Position numbers and translations under genes: made by a program. The notes under the pieces are model-generated. The model was not told the origin of the DNA. It did no database searches and was given only the letters and a program-made list of their open reading frames with translations. DNA of 64,000 nt from Puccinia triticina (Eukaryota): positions 4,278,001 to 4,342,000 of the forward strand of contig CP110439.1 in the NCBI GenBank assembly GCA_026914245.1, read 5' to 3'. Below, piece by piece: positions 1 through 13,246 of this stretch (positions are counted from its first letter, which is position 1; every line of letters begins with the position of its first letter).

Positions 1-2198
1 TTCAGGCCATTTTACAGTTGTTTGGTAACAAGAAGCAAAAAAATATGAGTTCAATTGATGCAGATGTTGACTCGGATGGGTCACAAAGTGGAGAGGATGG
101 CACTGTGGATCAAATCAGAATGTGAGTCCAACTCTCATTCCTCTGTAATGAACCTAATATTTGCTCAATGTTCTTGGATGCTACTCTAGTATTTCCCAAG
201 GCAAAAAGGATGATTCAACCCTGATACCAGATAAAGATCCCAAGGAGGAATCCCTCTCAGAAGATGAAGATTCACTCAGTGAGGGCAACATCAAAAGAGC
301 TAGTGAAGAAGAAGATGATGATAACTATACAACTGATAGTTGCAAAATAACACTGGCTAAGGTATATAATTTATTTCTCTATGTATTAGGTTGCTTGAAT
401 GGAACTAACTGAATTTTTCCTACAGTTTTGCTTGATCACTAAGAAGTTATTGTTCTCACCAAACTCAAAAGCCAAGTTTGTTGAGATTTGTCAAGAAAAG
501 GAGTGTGAGACTCCACATAGCGTTGAGAGGGATGTGCGTACACAATGGAACTCGACGTTCTCTCAACTCCTAAGCATTCTTTGGTGTGAACCTGTGATGT
601 AAGTCCTCTTTTTGCTTTGGTGGTAACTTACTCTCAATTAAATTTATTCTCTCCTGAATTTTCTAAGTCTTGAGTGGCAGTCTCTCAAGCAACACGGTAT
701 TGAGAGCAAATATTACTTGGATCAGGCAGATCTAGACTTAGTGCGCAATCTAGTCCACATCCTGGGAATGTTGCAGGAGTTAACATATCTACTGCAGGGA
801 TGTCTTGCCTGTCCAACATTTTTGTCTACATTGAACAAATCACAGAGCACTTGTCAACAGTTATCAGCAATATAAAATACCCTCTGGCACTGAGGAAGGC
901 CTGCTGACATGGATTAAAGTTGACAAACAAATATTATAGCTTGAACGACTTGTCCCCGCTCTAAAGGATCTCAATTTGCACATATTTTTCTCTCTTGTTT
1001 GCCTGTTGTTACTCTTTCTGAACCACTTCATTAACAGTGCTTCACCTGTTGTTTAAGGACAAGTACTTCAAGCTGGCAAAATGGGAGCCTGGATGGATCA
1101 CCAAAGCAACATGTCTGGCCCGGGACATGTGGTCATTGTTTTACAAGCCGCAGCCACCTACTCCTCTGACTGCCCCAATGCCCGCCTCAAAGGTAGGTAT
1201 CACATTCAGATCAAACAGAAAACCAACATAAAATAAATCTAACAGATTTTTTTTGCGTCTATTTACAGCCCATGACGAGTATGCTTGCCGGCCTAAGCAA
1301 TGCTGCTGCGGCAAGAGGGGGCAACTGCTCAAACGACGCGCTTGATGTCTGGCTGTCCGGTGGCCTTATACTCAATGACAATGAGCCAGTGGATCCTCTG
1401 AAGTGGTGGATCACACAGAAGCATTTGGGAAACATGAATGGTGGACTTGTGGACATGGCACTGGATGTCTTAAGTTGTCCAGGTGAGTTAAATATTTGTG
1501 CGCTTCTTTCTTGTATTTCTGATTCTGATTCCTCTTTGACTTGATCCTGCAGCAACATCTGTTGATGTTGAGAAAGATTTTAGCTTAGGCTTGGATTAAG
1601 CAACACAGACTCAAGCATGTCTCAATAAGCAGGGGGATGACCATAGCCTTCTATTCAAAGAACATGTTAAAGCTGAGAACTGAGGTCAAGGCTGAGAGCA
1701 AGGACAGAGGGGGCCTGAGGGGGCCCGGGGAACAACAAGCTCAGAGATACTATGAGTGAGACAACAAAAGGGGCCAAGGGAGCCCTCTAGGAGAGCAAAA
1801 AGCTTCTAACTTGCGTGGCGGAAAATTGCACACGCTACAAGAGGTTGTATCCTGTAGAGACCTCAGGGAAATGCACGAAGAAGCAGATAGTTGTTATTTC
1901 TGTCTAAGCCATCATCCATGGATATATAAGCTATTACAAGTGGAGGGGCCAGAATGTGGGACAGAAGGGGAACTATGCATATTAAATCTGGAGGGATTGA
2001 GGGAGTGAGAGGGAGAGGACAAGTGTGACAGGGAAGGGAAAGCAGAAGAGGGAGAGACAGGTGACACTGTAATTTCAACAGAACAAGATGATAAAAGAGG
2101 GAGTCTTGGCCGTGTGGAAAGAGGGCATTGACAATGCCAAGAAGACCAAGAATAAATCTAAAAGTAAAAGAAAGGTGATTGTCTTGGTTGAAGATTGA
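1..2198 (+). pseudogene. Degenerate hAT transposase, 3' part with C-terminal dimerisation domain; interrupted by a solo LTR
   Basis: Fragments read ERDVRTQWNST, LHLLFKDKYFKLAKWEPGWI and DPLKWW...MALDVLSCP|ATSVDVEKDFS. It has several stops and GT-AG introns. The reading resumes after 2085 and ends ...KSKRKVIVLVED*. Confidence 0.85.
1665..2080. mobile_element. Solo LTR (416 bp) inserted in the hAT pseudogene
   Basis: Ends are TGTTAAA...TTTCAACA. Perfect 5-bp TSD GAACA at 1660-1664 and 2081-2085. Confidence 0.85.
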
Positions 2199-3084
2199 AG
2201 TTGCTTTGAAGTTTTTTTAAATAAATATTTGACATAGCTGGATTACAAGTAGATAGGACTGATATTATAAACAAGAATGTTACTAGAAGTAAATTTATAG
2301 TTATGAATGTTGAAAAGTGAAGAGAACAACAGGTGCTGGTGTTTGTTGAGCAAAATTCAAGAAATGGACCTGGCGGTACCCGTGGTACCCGGTGCGGTAC
2401 TAGGTACCAACTTTGGCTGAAAACTTAGGGGGTAGGGTCTACTTTGACATTCTTTACCTTAGAGCAACTCTACCATGGTCCCTGGCTCAGTTCTGTATTT
2501 TTACACAGGATACAGACCACCCAGTGGGAATAGGTGTTGTGACCTGGGTCACAGTCTTCTTGGCTGTGGCTCTCTCCTGTGGAGTAGACAATATAGTCTC
2601 CTCCACCGGAGACACATTATCTGCATTGACCATCACTGTTACCCACATCTCACCGAGTCCACAAGCCCAAGTCTCCACAATAGGGACCTGCAATGTTTTC
2701 CTGTCATACCAGGGCAGTCTATAACTTGCAAAATTCTCTTCAGTTTTTCTAATAGCCATGCGGATTTCATAGAATTAGATTGGGGGAATGAATCCTTTTT
2801 CTGGCTTTCAGAGTAAAAGAATTTCAACAAACAATGGAGGAATTCCCGTGCAATCTGGGACCCCCACAGATGTTAATTGAGACCCAAAAATTCCAGCTTT
2901 TTTTCAGGGAAAAGTAGCTTTTTGGGCTCTAGATCACTTCTGGGAGGCCCAAACATCTCAATTGGAAGTCATCCAATACAGTCTGAGGACATCCCCAGAG
3001 TCTCCAAACAGTCATACATGAAGGCTGATTTAGTAAGATTTTCCAACAAAAAACCCCTTTTGAAAAGAATTGCTTTCAGTGCTA

Positions 3085-6000
3085 GGCCCCATTTGGACGC
3101 CCTGTGATACATGATAAATGGCATTTGTCACATGCAACCCCCAGATTAAAAAAAATGGTGGAGACGGGGGCAAACTTTGGGTTCACCAGGGGAGAAAGTG
3201 TTGCACTCTCTAGAGAGTGCCAGACCGTAACTTTATCTATGACTTGGTCAGAAGTCAGTTCAATGTGGGTGGGTAACTTGTGTTCAACTTTGTTGGTGAA
3301 CTTATTAGCAACTATTGTATAAGAGTATGACAAGTTCAGTGCAACTCATCTGTAACTCCTGATAGTATCAGTTTGGATTTTATTCTATCCTTCAGGCATC
3401 TGGATTGGAAGATAAGTCATGATGACTGCCAGATACTTACCTAAACTTGTCTGATTCTGTCCTCATTACAGGCCATTTGCGTGATTTGTGAAGATTTTTT
3501 TTGGGCTTCCTCATGGACCATATTCAGCCACCTTATTCACATGAGCTATTTGGATGCAGATGTGAATTATCTTGTTTCTCCCTATGACCCATATTGTTTG
3601 TCTCCTAGTGGTTTCCTGCAGCTGTTGCTTGACCATGATGACCTGGAGAGTGGGTGATGGTGCCCATTCAGAGGATTGGGGAATCCTCTTGGTGGCATGG
3701 TTTTACTGGCCATTGAGGAGACACACCCCCTTTGATGGCCAGTACAGCCCAGCCATCAAAGGGAGTTGCACCCTAGTTGCATACTACATTTCCACCTGTG
3801 AAATAGGCCAGCAATGTCACATGAAGATCCTGTGCAACATTGTCACCCTGATGTTTGCCCAAAAATCAGGGTGACATTCATGCCCAGGTTGTGCCTGCCA
3901 TCAAGAGGAGTTGATGGCAAGTACAACTTGGCCATTTATTTGGATGCAGACTCCCTTTGATGGCCGGGTTCCACTGGCCATTGAAGGGAGCACACACCCT
4001 GTTTGATGGCTTTTGAAACTCAGCCATCAAAGGGCTTAGATGGCCAAGTTTTAACAGTCATCAAACAGATTTTTTACTTCCTTTGATGTCCGGTGTGGTG
4101 TGCCAAATCTGTTTCAAGTGTCAAATTACATAAAGTGAGGGTTGAATACATGAGAAGGAGATATATTCTTAGATTTATTATTGCATAATTAGATTCTGAA
4201 GGTCATTTAACCCCTAGTCACTCACTTGAACCACTAGGATAGCTCCACTCAGTCAAAAGTTATTTTGGTTAAATGGTTTGTGACAGAACATAATCAAATA
4301 CTATAGAATTATATTTGGTAGTACGTAGTATAGAATCAGGTACAAGCACATAGTTAGGGTGTAGTTTCTACAGGTGTGCACACGTACCCCTGTATGGTCG
4401 CATGACATCATCAGTCACATGTTGGATCACACGTTTATCAGAAGGCTCACTAGCTAAAATCCCTCAACGGAAGCTTCCATGCAGCAAAAATCCCTCACAG
4501 GAGAAGCCAAACCAGCATAAATCCCTCAACTGACTTCCCCACCAGCAAAAATCCCTCACATTTCACTATATAAGGAGCCCTTCCTCCCCCCTCATTTGAA
4601 ATCAGCATGTGAATAGCAGCCATCAACCAACCAGTCACTCACTCATTTAACAGTGTGATCTCAAACATCCACTCACCCAACACCTGTGATCATAATCAGG
4701 TTCTTAAATAGCTTGTGTCATTGCACATCATCTACATTGTTTGATCTAAGTCTGATAGAGACTACTACACATAGTGATCTCTATCAAGGTTTTGCCACAA
4801 CAAGAAATAAATTTTGTTGTTAGAATCCTTGTGTAGTACAATAGAGGGGCAGGTCCTTCAAACCACCCGTAACATAAATATTGCTTAACTGCAAATATCA
4901 TATTTGTTATCTCCCCCTCACAGAACTGCCACCCGTCCCAAAGGAGTTCTCACACCGGTGCAACCGGGCTATCAAAGGGAGGCTGCCTTCATTAATTGTC
5001 CGCGCTGTACCAGCCATTGCGGGAAGTTCATACTCCCTTCAATCGCTGGGCTGCAGCGGCCATCAAAAGGAGTACACGCTCCCTTTTTGCTGGTACAACT
5101 CTGCCATCAAAGGGAGTGGGGGAGTGGAAAATTCTCTTGATGGCAGGGTTGTACCCGCCATCAAGGAGACACACTCCCTTTGATGACCAGTAAAACCCGG
5201 CCATAAAAGGGAGTTGCATGCTAGTTTCATCCTACAGGTCTATCCGTGACATAGGCCATCAATGTCACATTAAGATCCTGCTCGAAATTCTCACCCTCAT
5301 GTTTGCCCGAACATCAGGGTGACATTCATGGCCAGGTTGTACCCGCCATCAGGAGGAGTTGATGGTGGGTACAACTTGGCCATTGGAGGCAGACTCCCTT
5401 TGATGGCCAGGTTGTACTGGCCATCAAAGGGAGTACACACCCTGTTCAATGTCTGTTACAACTCAGCCATCTAAGGGCTTTGATGGCCGAGTTGTAACAG
5501 CCATCAAACCAATTTCAAACTCCCTTCAATGTCCAGTGAAAAACAGCTATTGAAGGGATTCTGCATCCAATTTCTGAGCTATACCAGCCATTGGGGGGAT
5601 CTCACACTCCCTTTGATTGATAGGCTGTATCTGCCATCAAAAGGAGTACACTCTCCCTTTGATGGCTGGTGCAACTCTTCCATCAAAGGGAGTAGGGGGA
5701 GTGGGAAATCCTCTTGATGGCTGGGTTGTACCAGCCATTGAGGAGACACAATCACTTTGATGGCCAGTAAAAACTGGACATTGAAGGGAGTTTCCCACTA
5801 GCGGCATCCTACAGGTCCAACTGTGAAGTAAGCCAGAAATTTCACAAGATCCTGTTCAACCATTTCCACCCTGAAGTTTGCCCAAATTTCAGGGTGAAAT
5901 TCATGTCTGAGTTGTAATTGCCATCAAGAGGAGTTGACAATCCCATCAATGACTGGTATAAATCAGCCATCATAAGCAGGTTGCATCCAATTAACCAGCG

Positions 6001-6959
6001 CTCTTTACCATCCATGAGGAGAAATTCACACTTCCTTCATTGGCTGGGTTGTAGCAGCTATTGAAGGGAGTACACACTCCCTTAAAATGCTGTTACAAAT
6101 CTGCCATTAAAAAAAGTGCAGACTCCTCTTGATGGCAGGTTTGTGTTGGCCATTGAGGAGACACTCCCTCAAATGGCCAGTACAACCCTGGCATCAAAAC
6201 TCTGTCAAATGAGGTTGGCAACAATAGTGATTCCAAGACCACACTTGTTCACACACTTTATAACTTAAGGTACAATCCTGGATAAGGTAGCCACTACTCA
6301 GGTCTGGTGATGATTAACTGTTAAACTGTGGAGCCCAGGGGATCATGTGTTTCCAGTGGTCAGGCAATTTGAAAAATTGATGCTAATTACATCACATTTG
6401 AACAATGTTTGGCCTGAACACAATTTTTGCAACACGCTAAGCAGGTAAGAGATGATTATGGTGTCTTCCACCTCCTCCCACTTTAGGTTTATCTGACAGA
6501 GAAGTTGGATTGTACCACCCTGAAATGATAACCAGGAGATGCATACATCTTGAGGTCCCCTTGTGGCTTGATCAGTTGAACCTGCCTGGTCACAGTGAAG
6601 TTGACCAAGATTGGCCTGTTCTGATGGACACATGAATTTCAGGATCCTCAGCTGGAACAACCATGGAATGTTTTCTGGGTTGAGTCAAGCTGGAGTTGAG
6701 CATTGGGTGAGGTGAAGTTATAAAATTTGACATGAGGTTAGGATGGAAATGATATCAGCCTGAGTTGAACATAACATCACTATTGACACAAGCTTAAGTG
6801 GTGTATGTTGCACACATGTTGCATGCTTGATACCCGCCAGGGTTGCTGAAGGAAGTTACGGTCTGGCACTCTCTAGAGAGTGCCACACTTTCTCCCCTGG
6901 TGGTTGTGTGTCATAAATTTGCCCATCTACCATGTATACTGGGGTGTCCAAACAGGGCC
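3085..6959. mobile_element. Old non-autonomous PIF/Harbinger-like element with long TIRs and internal CCATCAAAGGG/CCCTTTGATGG palindromic repeats
   Basis: 3085-3232 (GGCCCCATTTGGACGCCC...GCACTCTCTAGAGAGTGCCAGACCGTAACT) is an inverted copy of 6853-6959 (...TCCAAACAGGGCC). The 3-bp flanks CTA/CAA match imperfectly. Confidence 0.65.
4094..4954 (+). mobile_element. Solo LTR (TGTGGT...GGAGTTCTCACA)
   Basis: TG...CA ends. 4-bp TSD CCGG at 4090-4093 and 4955-4958. TATA-like TATATAAGG near 4567 and AATAAA near 4805. Confidence 0.8.
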
Positions 6960-7294
6960 CAAGTGTCCATTCACAGAAGCAAGTGAGGAACATGCCACTT
7001 TAGGCAACTCAAGAACATTATAAATTGGGGAATTTTTCTTTACATATGTTACGTAAATTACAAATACCCATGGAGTTTCTTGACAACATATAAGCTTACA
7101 ACACTTATACAAGTCACAGGAAGTAGAGCACCACCAAGTCCATAAAGGAAAACAAACACCGCACCAGATTTTTTTTTGACAAATTAAAATGACCAACCAA
7201 TATTAACTTAAACCCAATCAAGAAGCCCATGGAATACGAAAAAAGGAAATCAAGGCCAAGATTGAGAGCTACCAATGATTGGGAGTTTCTTCCA

Positions 7295-8570
7295 TTATTC
7301 ATCGGTTGCTGAGCTGGTAGTATATGCAAATACAGCATCCAAGCCTAGGATCTTTGTTTCTAGATGACGAAGCAATGAAAGCTTAAATTCCCGATCGAGT
7401 GCCCGCACCAAAAAAGAAAAAAAGGTTTGCAATTGTCAAAGCCATCAATCAATTAAAAAAGAATGGAATGGGAGATTTGAAATAAGTTGGGACTTACAGA
7501 GTCAATGTTGGAGCTTTTGATGGTGATTCCTTCTCCGACCATGTAAGGAGAAACAGTGACGATCAAGATATTGAGGATCGGATTGTCCGAGACTTGGTTG
7601 AGGATCGAAGAGATTATCGCAGCTCCTCCTTCGATCATCAATCGATTGATCCCATTCAATTTACATACTTCTAAAACTTTCTCTAGATCTAATCCTTCTT
7701 TTGCTTTGACGTCCTCTCGTTTTTTTTTCAGTTTCGAAATAGATGATCATCAGGGAAAGAAAACAAAAAAATATGCATGAAAAGACGAGGATGAGCGAGT
7801 GACAATATGAGGATATGAGACAATAATTTGAAACACACATGCATTCATTCCGTTAGTGATTGGGATGACCCGAGCACCAGCGGCTTCCAATTCTTGACGT
7901 TTCTGCAAGGACATTGCGCTTCTGGCGCATATCAGCCAGGGTTGTTTCCCGGTTTGATTTTGGTAATTCTTGATCAATTTACAATCCGCTGGAGTCCGTA
8001 GAGCGGTGTCTAAGACGATCGGTTGTGGTTGATTGGCCAATGGGACGGTGATAGAAATGTTGCGGACTGTAAACAGAATCATATTCTCATAATCAATCTC
8101 CAGGTGATTTTGAATAGAAAATGTCTCTATCAGTCTGATTCAATATCTTCACCTGCATACCATTTAGTTGTGGATCATCGTTCAGCACGGTGCCGATTCC
8201 AACCATTATTCCATCGTGTCGGGCGCGCAGACTGCAGAAGGATGACACTTTCAGGGGCTGAATTTGGGTGGTCGAAAATGAGGGATGATGATAGTACTAA
8301 CAGATGGGTCATCTTCATCGACTGGTTCCCGCTCAATCTCAACTGTTGTCCATCTGCGCCGGCGATCTTTCCATCGATAGATTGGGCATAAGTCAAGGTG
8401 ACGAAGGGGCGTTGATTACAACCTGGACAGGCTAGTAGATCGATTGGCTCGGTCGTGCTCGGCGGCTGCGACTGGGATGGGAAGTTGGAGTGGCTGTAGA
8501 CCTGGTCCAGGAAGTCTCCGATCTCGCTCGATGTCGTAGTTGTTGATAGGGATGATAAGAGACCGAGCAT
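7295..8570 (-). CDS. RIB7: Riboflavin-biosynthesis pyrimidine reductase (RibD C-terminal/DHFR-like fold), multi-exon
   Basis: Motifs in order: RPFVTLTYAQSIDGKIAG...LRLSGNQSMKMTH, PQPIVLDTALRTP, LMIEGGAAIISS, IVTVSPYMVGEG. C-terminus ...LGLDAVFAYTTSSATDE* with stop at 7295-7297. Internal exon boundaries are not fully resolved. Confidence 0.88.
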
Positions 8571-10678
8571 GGCGATCGGCTGGGTGCTTGTTTGATTCTA
8601 CTGGAATCTCAGGGACAGGCCGATACTAGCTTAACAAAGCCACTCGAACGGAGGTCCGGGGGACCCGCGCGGAGCGCGCTATCCCTCAATTTTGGCAGGA
8701 GCAGAAGGGATATTCAGTGCAAAAAATAAAAATACAGCCCTATAAATTGTAATAAAAACAATAAAAGAAAACTGAATCGACAGTCTTGTAGCCTTGATAA
8801 ATGCGCAAATTTTGACCCCTGTTTCAGCCTCTCAATCCAAAGACTGCACTCCCTAGTGGCAAAAGTGTTCAGGAATCTGGTCAAGGAAGCAAAACAAAAC
8901 TCCAAACCATGTCTTAAGTTTGGAAGATCCATGTGTGGATCCACATTTGGCCAGAGGGAAGCACAGTGGTGATCTTAGCTTTGTACATACAATGTGTCAA
9001 TTTACATACAACCTAGAAAGCATGCAGATTTTTTGGTCCACAAGATCTACAAGCAATACAGCCTTGTGAATCCTTGTGCAGATCCATTTCTTGAGAAGTG
9101 ACTTTTCAAAAATTTATTAAAAATACATTGAGGGTGATACAAAAATTATGAGGAGACAGAATTGTAGAGGAGATGTCAAAGGGTCAGCAAGCTGTGGCTC
9201 AGACCTTGGCAGGCGCTGGGGGCAGATCTATTAAAAAGTTAGAAAACCTTACAGCCATTTGCTACTTTCTGCTCCCCTATAAAATTGGGGGATAATATGG
9301 AAGTCCCTCCCGGCGGGAGGGGCCGCTTCGCGGCCAGCCACAGCGAGCCTCCCACCAGGGGGACTTGTGTTAAGTTAGGGCTGATATAAAGGACGGATTC
9401 ACAATCCCCTGAAGCTCCCAACTTGATCCCGGATGTGAGCGGGTTGGGTGGGCCCGCGAGATATTGGCAACCAGGGCGCAAGGAGAGACAGGTTTGGCCA
9501 ATACCCAGGCTGTTGGTTCTGCTGCTCCTGAAATCATTTCCCCTTAACTTTTGCTTGGGACTCAAAAAACCACATGTTCAGGTCCAGATCTCATCCGGTT
9601 GACTTGATCCTCTTGAGAGAATTCAACCTTTTAGCATGCAGAATCAACTGAAAACCCAAAAAATTGAAGGAGCTTGCCGGTGTGGTGGTATAAATAGGCG
9701 GGCTGTCAGAGAATGCTCACGAAGCAGCATGGCCGGAAAGCGCGGGCGGCTGAGCTCATTGGAAAGCTTGTGCATTCCTGAGAGAGGAGAAAAGCACGCG
9801 TGCTTATATGCTGCTGAGGGAACCTTGAATGTACAACCAAACAAAAGCACGCAGAAAGTCATTGGGCGGAGGCGGGTGCGGACTGGGGGACGGACACGGG
9901 TGCGGGGAACCGGGGTTCAAGCCACGGCCTAGACAAAGATTTAGCTGAGAGTCGGAGTAGGACTGCGGCGTATCAAGCGCACGGACGGACTGGTAGTGGC
10001 GCGGGGTTAGGCAAACTGGGGCGGCGGAAGCGGACATCATCAGCGGATGATGTTGGGGTGGAAGCGCCGGGTAGAGACTAACTCCAGAGGCTGGTCGCGG
10101 GGTGCAGGAGAACAGGCGTCAGAGATGTGCTAGGCTGGGAGGTGATGCAGGCGGAGTTTGTTAGTGCGGGAAAGGGAGATGCAGACAGCGTTGGGTGGGA
10201 ATGGAGGACGGCGGGGCGGAGAGAGTGGGGGATATGGAACTTTAGGGGACGGCTTTTCTCTCAGTGTCCTGGCATTGTACTTACTACTCTTACGGTACCA
10301 AAATTGTAGTAGAGGTTTTTGTGTGTCACTTACGGATTACAAGCGTGCGAAGCGTTTTTACCTACCCTAAAATCATACCTTTGCGGAGTTCTTGCATGCG
10401 GAAGCAGAGTAATTGAACCCTTTGTGGACTGGGCGGATCGTATCAGACTCACGGAGGAGTGCTGAAGGGATTCATACATTGCGGAGTTTCAGTGTTGGCT
10501 ACCAAACAAGCCCAGAACTGTTCTAGAAGGAAGGCGGACATTCAACCTAAACTTTACGTCCCGCTTTCTATTTGACACCAGGTACCTCTATTCCATTCCC
10601 ACATGCTAGTGATGTCAGAAGTTTGTCTGGGAACACAGCTGATTAAGTATGGCATATAAATACTTTGCTGAGTACTTG

Positions 10679-10869
10679 AGGTGTTCAAGTTGAAATCATA
10701 AAATCATAAAATCATAAAACTTTCAAATGATGATTTTATGTGTATGTACCATTTTAGAAATGTTGCTCTAATTTGAGTGTTTGGGTGTATGTACATATTT
10801 TTTTCATCTAATTAGAGTTTTCTGATTTTATGGTGTTATGATTTTATGAAAGTCAACTTTGAACACCCT
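10679..10869. mobile_element. Small hairpin MITE with ATCATAAA sub-repeats
   Basis: GGTGTTCAAGTTGAAATCATAAAATCATAA at the left is inverted by TTATGATTTTATGAAAGTCAACTTTGAACACC at the right. Confidence 0.55.
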
Positions 10870-11826
10870 AACTCCAGAGCAAATCCAAAATCTGCAACAG
10901 TGCAACACACATCCCTCTTCACGCACAAATGGCCGGCCAAAAGGGTTTTCCCAACCACCAGTTGGCTGGTCATCTAGTCTAAATGCCCTATTACTATTTG
11001 GGTATTTGGCTGTTGTATTTGTGCATCTTAAATGTTGTGGTTTGTTTGACTTGTGAAAACTCTTGCAACAGGGATTACAACACTTGATTTGACACAAACC
11101 ATCATGACCTTTCCATGATGGGACAAGGACTGATTTAAAGTTCTTTTTCCAGTTGTCCAGTTTAATTGCTTCAGCGTCTACATCTCTTGAAACAATGAAG
11201 GCTCATAGCAAGGGTGTCGGTGACTGTTGATGCATCTAAACATGCAGTTTTTGCTTCGTGTAATACATGTGGAAGATCGAACGGTAAGTGTGGAAGATCG
11301 GACGGTAAGACCTAGTTGCTGCTCCAGTCAACACCTGATCAAATTTCAGATAGATTCTGACGGGCTTGACAAAGAAAAAAAAGAAACAGACAAAAACAAA
11401 AAAAACTGTTAGGGGCAAGGAAGGAGCAAGAAGACAACATGTTGCCCAGATATCATCGTGTGTCAACTTTCGATAATGTCTAGATAGGCGATGGAAAACA
11501 TGCTGTTTGGTAAAGTTTAAGTGTGTTTAAATGGGGACAACAGCAAAGACGATCACAAACCAAACCACCTGCAGCCTGTTCCTAGTAAAAACTTCGACAA
11601 GAATGATGTGCGAATCACAGGCCAACCAGGGGCATTAAGTGGCCGAGGGACAAAAGCCGGGGCAAGAGAAGCTTGTACAAGACGAATCACACAACAGGTG
11701 TACTGGTTTTTTTGTTTCTTTCTTGTGCGAAAACGGGAAGTAGCAGTTAAAAAAAGGGGGGATGAGGTAACAACGTGTCCGTATACATGTCAAGATAGAA
11801 GAGTGTAATGAGCGGACTGGAGGGGG

Positions 11827-13246
11827 TTAGATCTTGTCAGCGTCTGCAGCATGGATGATGATGATTTGTTGGTCTTCCGCGAGTTTCTCGTCAGCAGGAA
11901 TAGCCTCATAGGCGGGAGGGACGGTGGCAGCGGCTTCGGAGGCCTCGAGTCGACCACGGAGGAGAGTGGAGACGAGGGTGGAGAAGACTAGGAGGACGAG
12001 GGCTAGAGGCAGGCCGAGGAGGAGGACGGCGAGGGAGGAGCGGGCGACCATCTTGAAAAAGCATCTCATCCTGTGACGGAAGGCGGTGACGGCCGAGTGG
12101 CGCACGGTAGGCTGCTCGGACGATGCGGGGGCCTTGGTGGCGGCAGCCAGCTCGACCGGCTTGGCCTTGCTCTTAGCGGCAGCACCCTTGTTGTTGCTGT
12201 GGTGGTGATGGTGGTGCTTGTGGCACGGCTTGCGGGCCCGGGTGCCGCTCAAGAGACCGGAGGCGTGGGCGGCCATACCTTGCATGGCGTTGCTCAACGC
12301 ATGGAGGGTCGATGCAAGCGAGGCCCGGGTAGTGTCGAGAGCTGCGTCGAGCATACCAGCGGGGGTCATGCTGGCGCTGCTGCCGAGGAGCGACGGGTCT
12401 GGTTGGGGGTCAGAGAGCGCCTCGGGGGCAAGGGTGGTCACAGTGGCCACCTTGGTCGGGTCGGCTTGGTCGGGATGAACAATCAAGTGAAGCAGGTCAA
12501 CCGCGGGAAGATCGGTTTCAGAGAGGGACATTCCATCGACTTCCAAGATCTGCGTGAAGAGTGTACGAAAAGGGTTATTCGATGAAACGAAAGGCCGGTG
12601 GAGAGTTCAGGATGGGATCGTACCTTAATTCCGATGGTCACCTTGTAAGCTTCAGCTTGCACGGGGGTGGCATCCTCTCGCATGGCCTCTATGCCCAAAG
12701 GCTCTTGAGTGACGCTGAGCATGGCAGCGACGATGCCCTCAGACATGTATTTGTCGGCAATGCTCAAGACCTCAGGAGGGGTGAGTCCGAGGGGTACGAG
12801 CGGACTGTCCTTGGGCATCTTGAGCATCTGGACCTGTTTCAGCTTGACGCTGACCTCCAGAGGACGTGCGCCTGGAAGCATGGGGAGAGGGTGGCCATTG
12901 ACGGCGACGGATTGGTTGCCGAGCTCGACTCGGATGAGCAGGTGCGAGAGTTTCTCAAGTAACAAGGGCTTGGACTTGAGTTTGTCTGCGATCAGGTCCT
13001 CCGTGCGGATCACGTGGATCAGGATGCCGTCGTGAGCGTTGCCGGATTGGAGCCCGGAGAGGGTAGCGACGGTGGTTGCTGAGGTGGTGAGCGGGGATGG
13101 GGCAGCCCAACTAGAAGCTGAGGACGGCCAGGAGGGATCAACAAAAAAAAGATGAGCAGATGTTTCCAATCGGTCAGGGGAGAATCAGAGAGAGGGTAAT
13201 CACCAGTGAGGGCAGCCAAGAGGAAAGTCAAGTAAGTCGACCACAT
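11827..13246 (-). CDS. Predicted type I membrane protein: signal peptide, His-rich linker, TM helix, cytosolic PPAY motif; 3 exons
   Basis: Splicing ACTG|gtgatt...ctcag|CT gives MWSTYLTFLLAALTASSWAAP. A second intron, AAG|gtacga...cgcag|ATC, joins IK-ILEVDG. Then HKHHHHHH, a hydrophobic LAVLLLGLPLALVLLVFSTLV stretch, and VPPAYE. Confidence 0.8.

Noticed and set aside
2450..3080. Retroelement remnant similar to ~15040-15250
   Set aside because: The similarity is visible but too decayed to assign.
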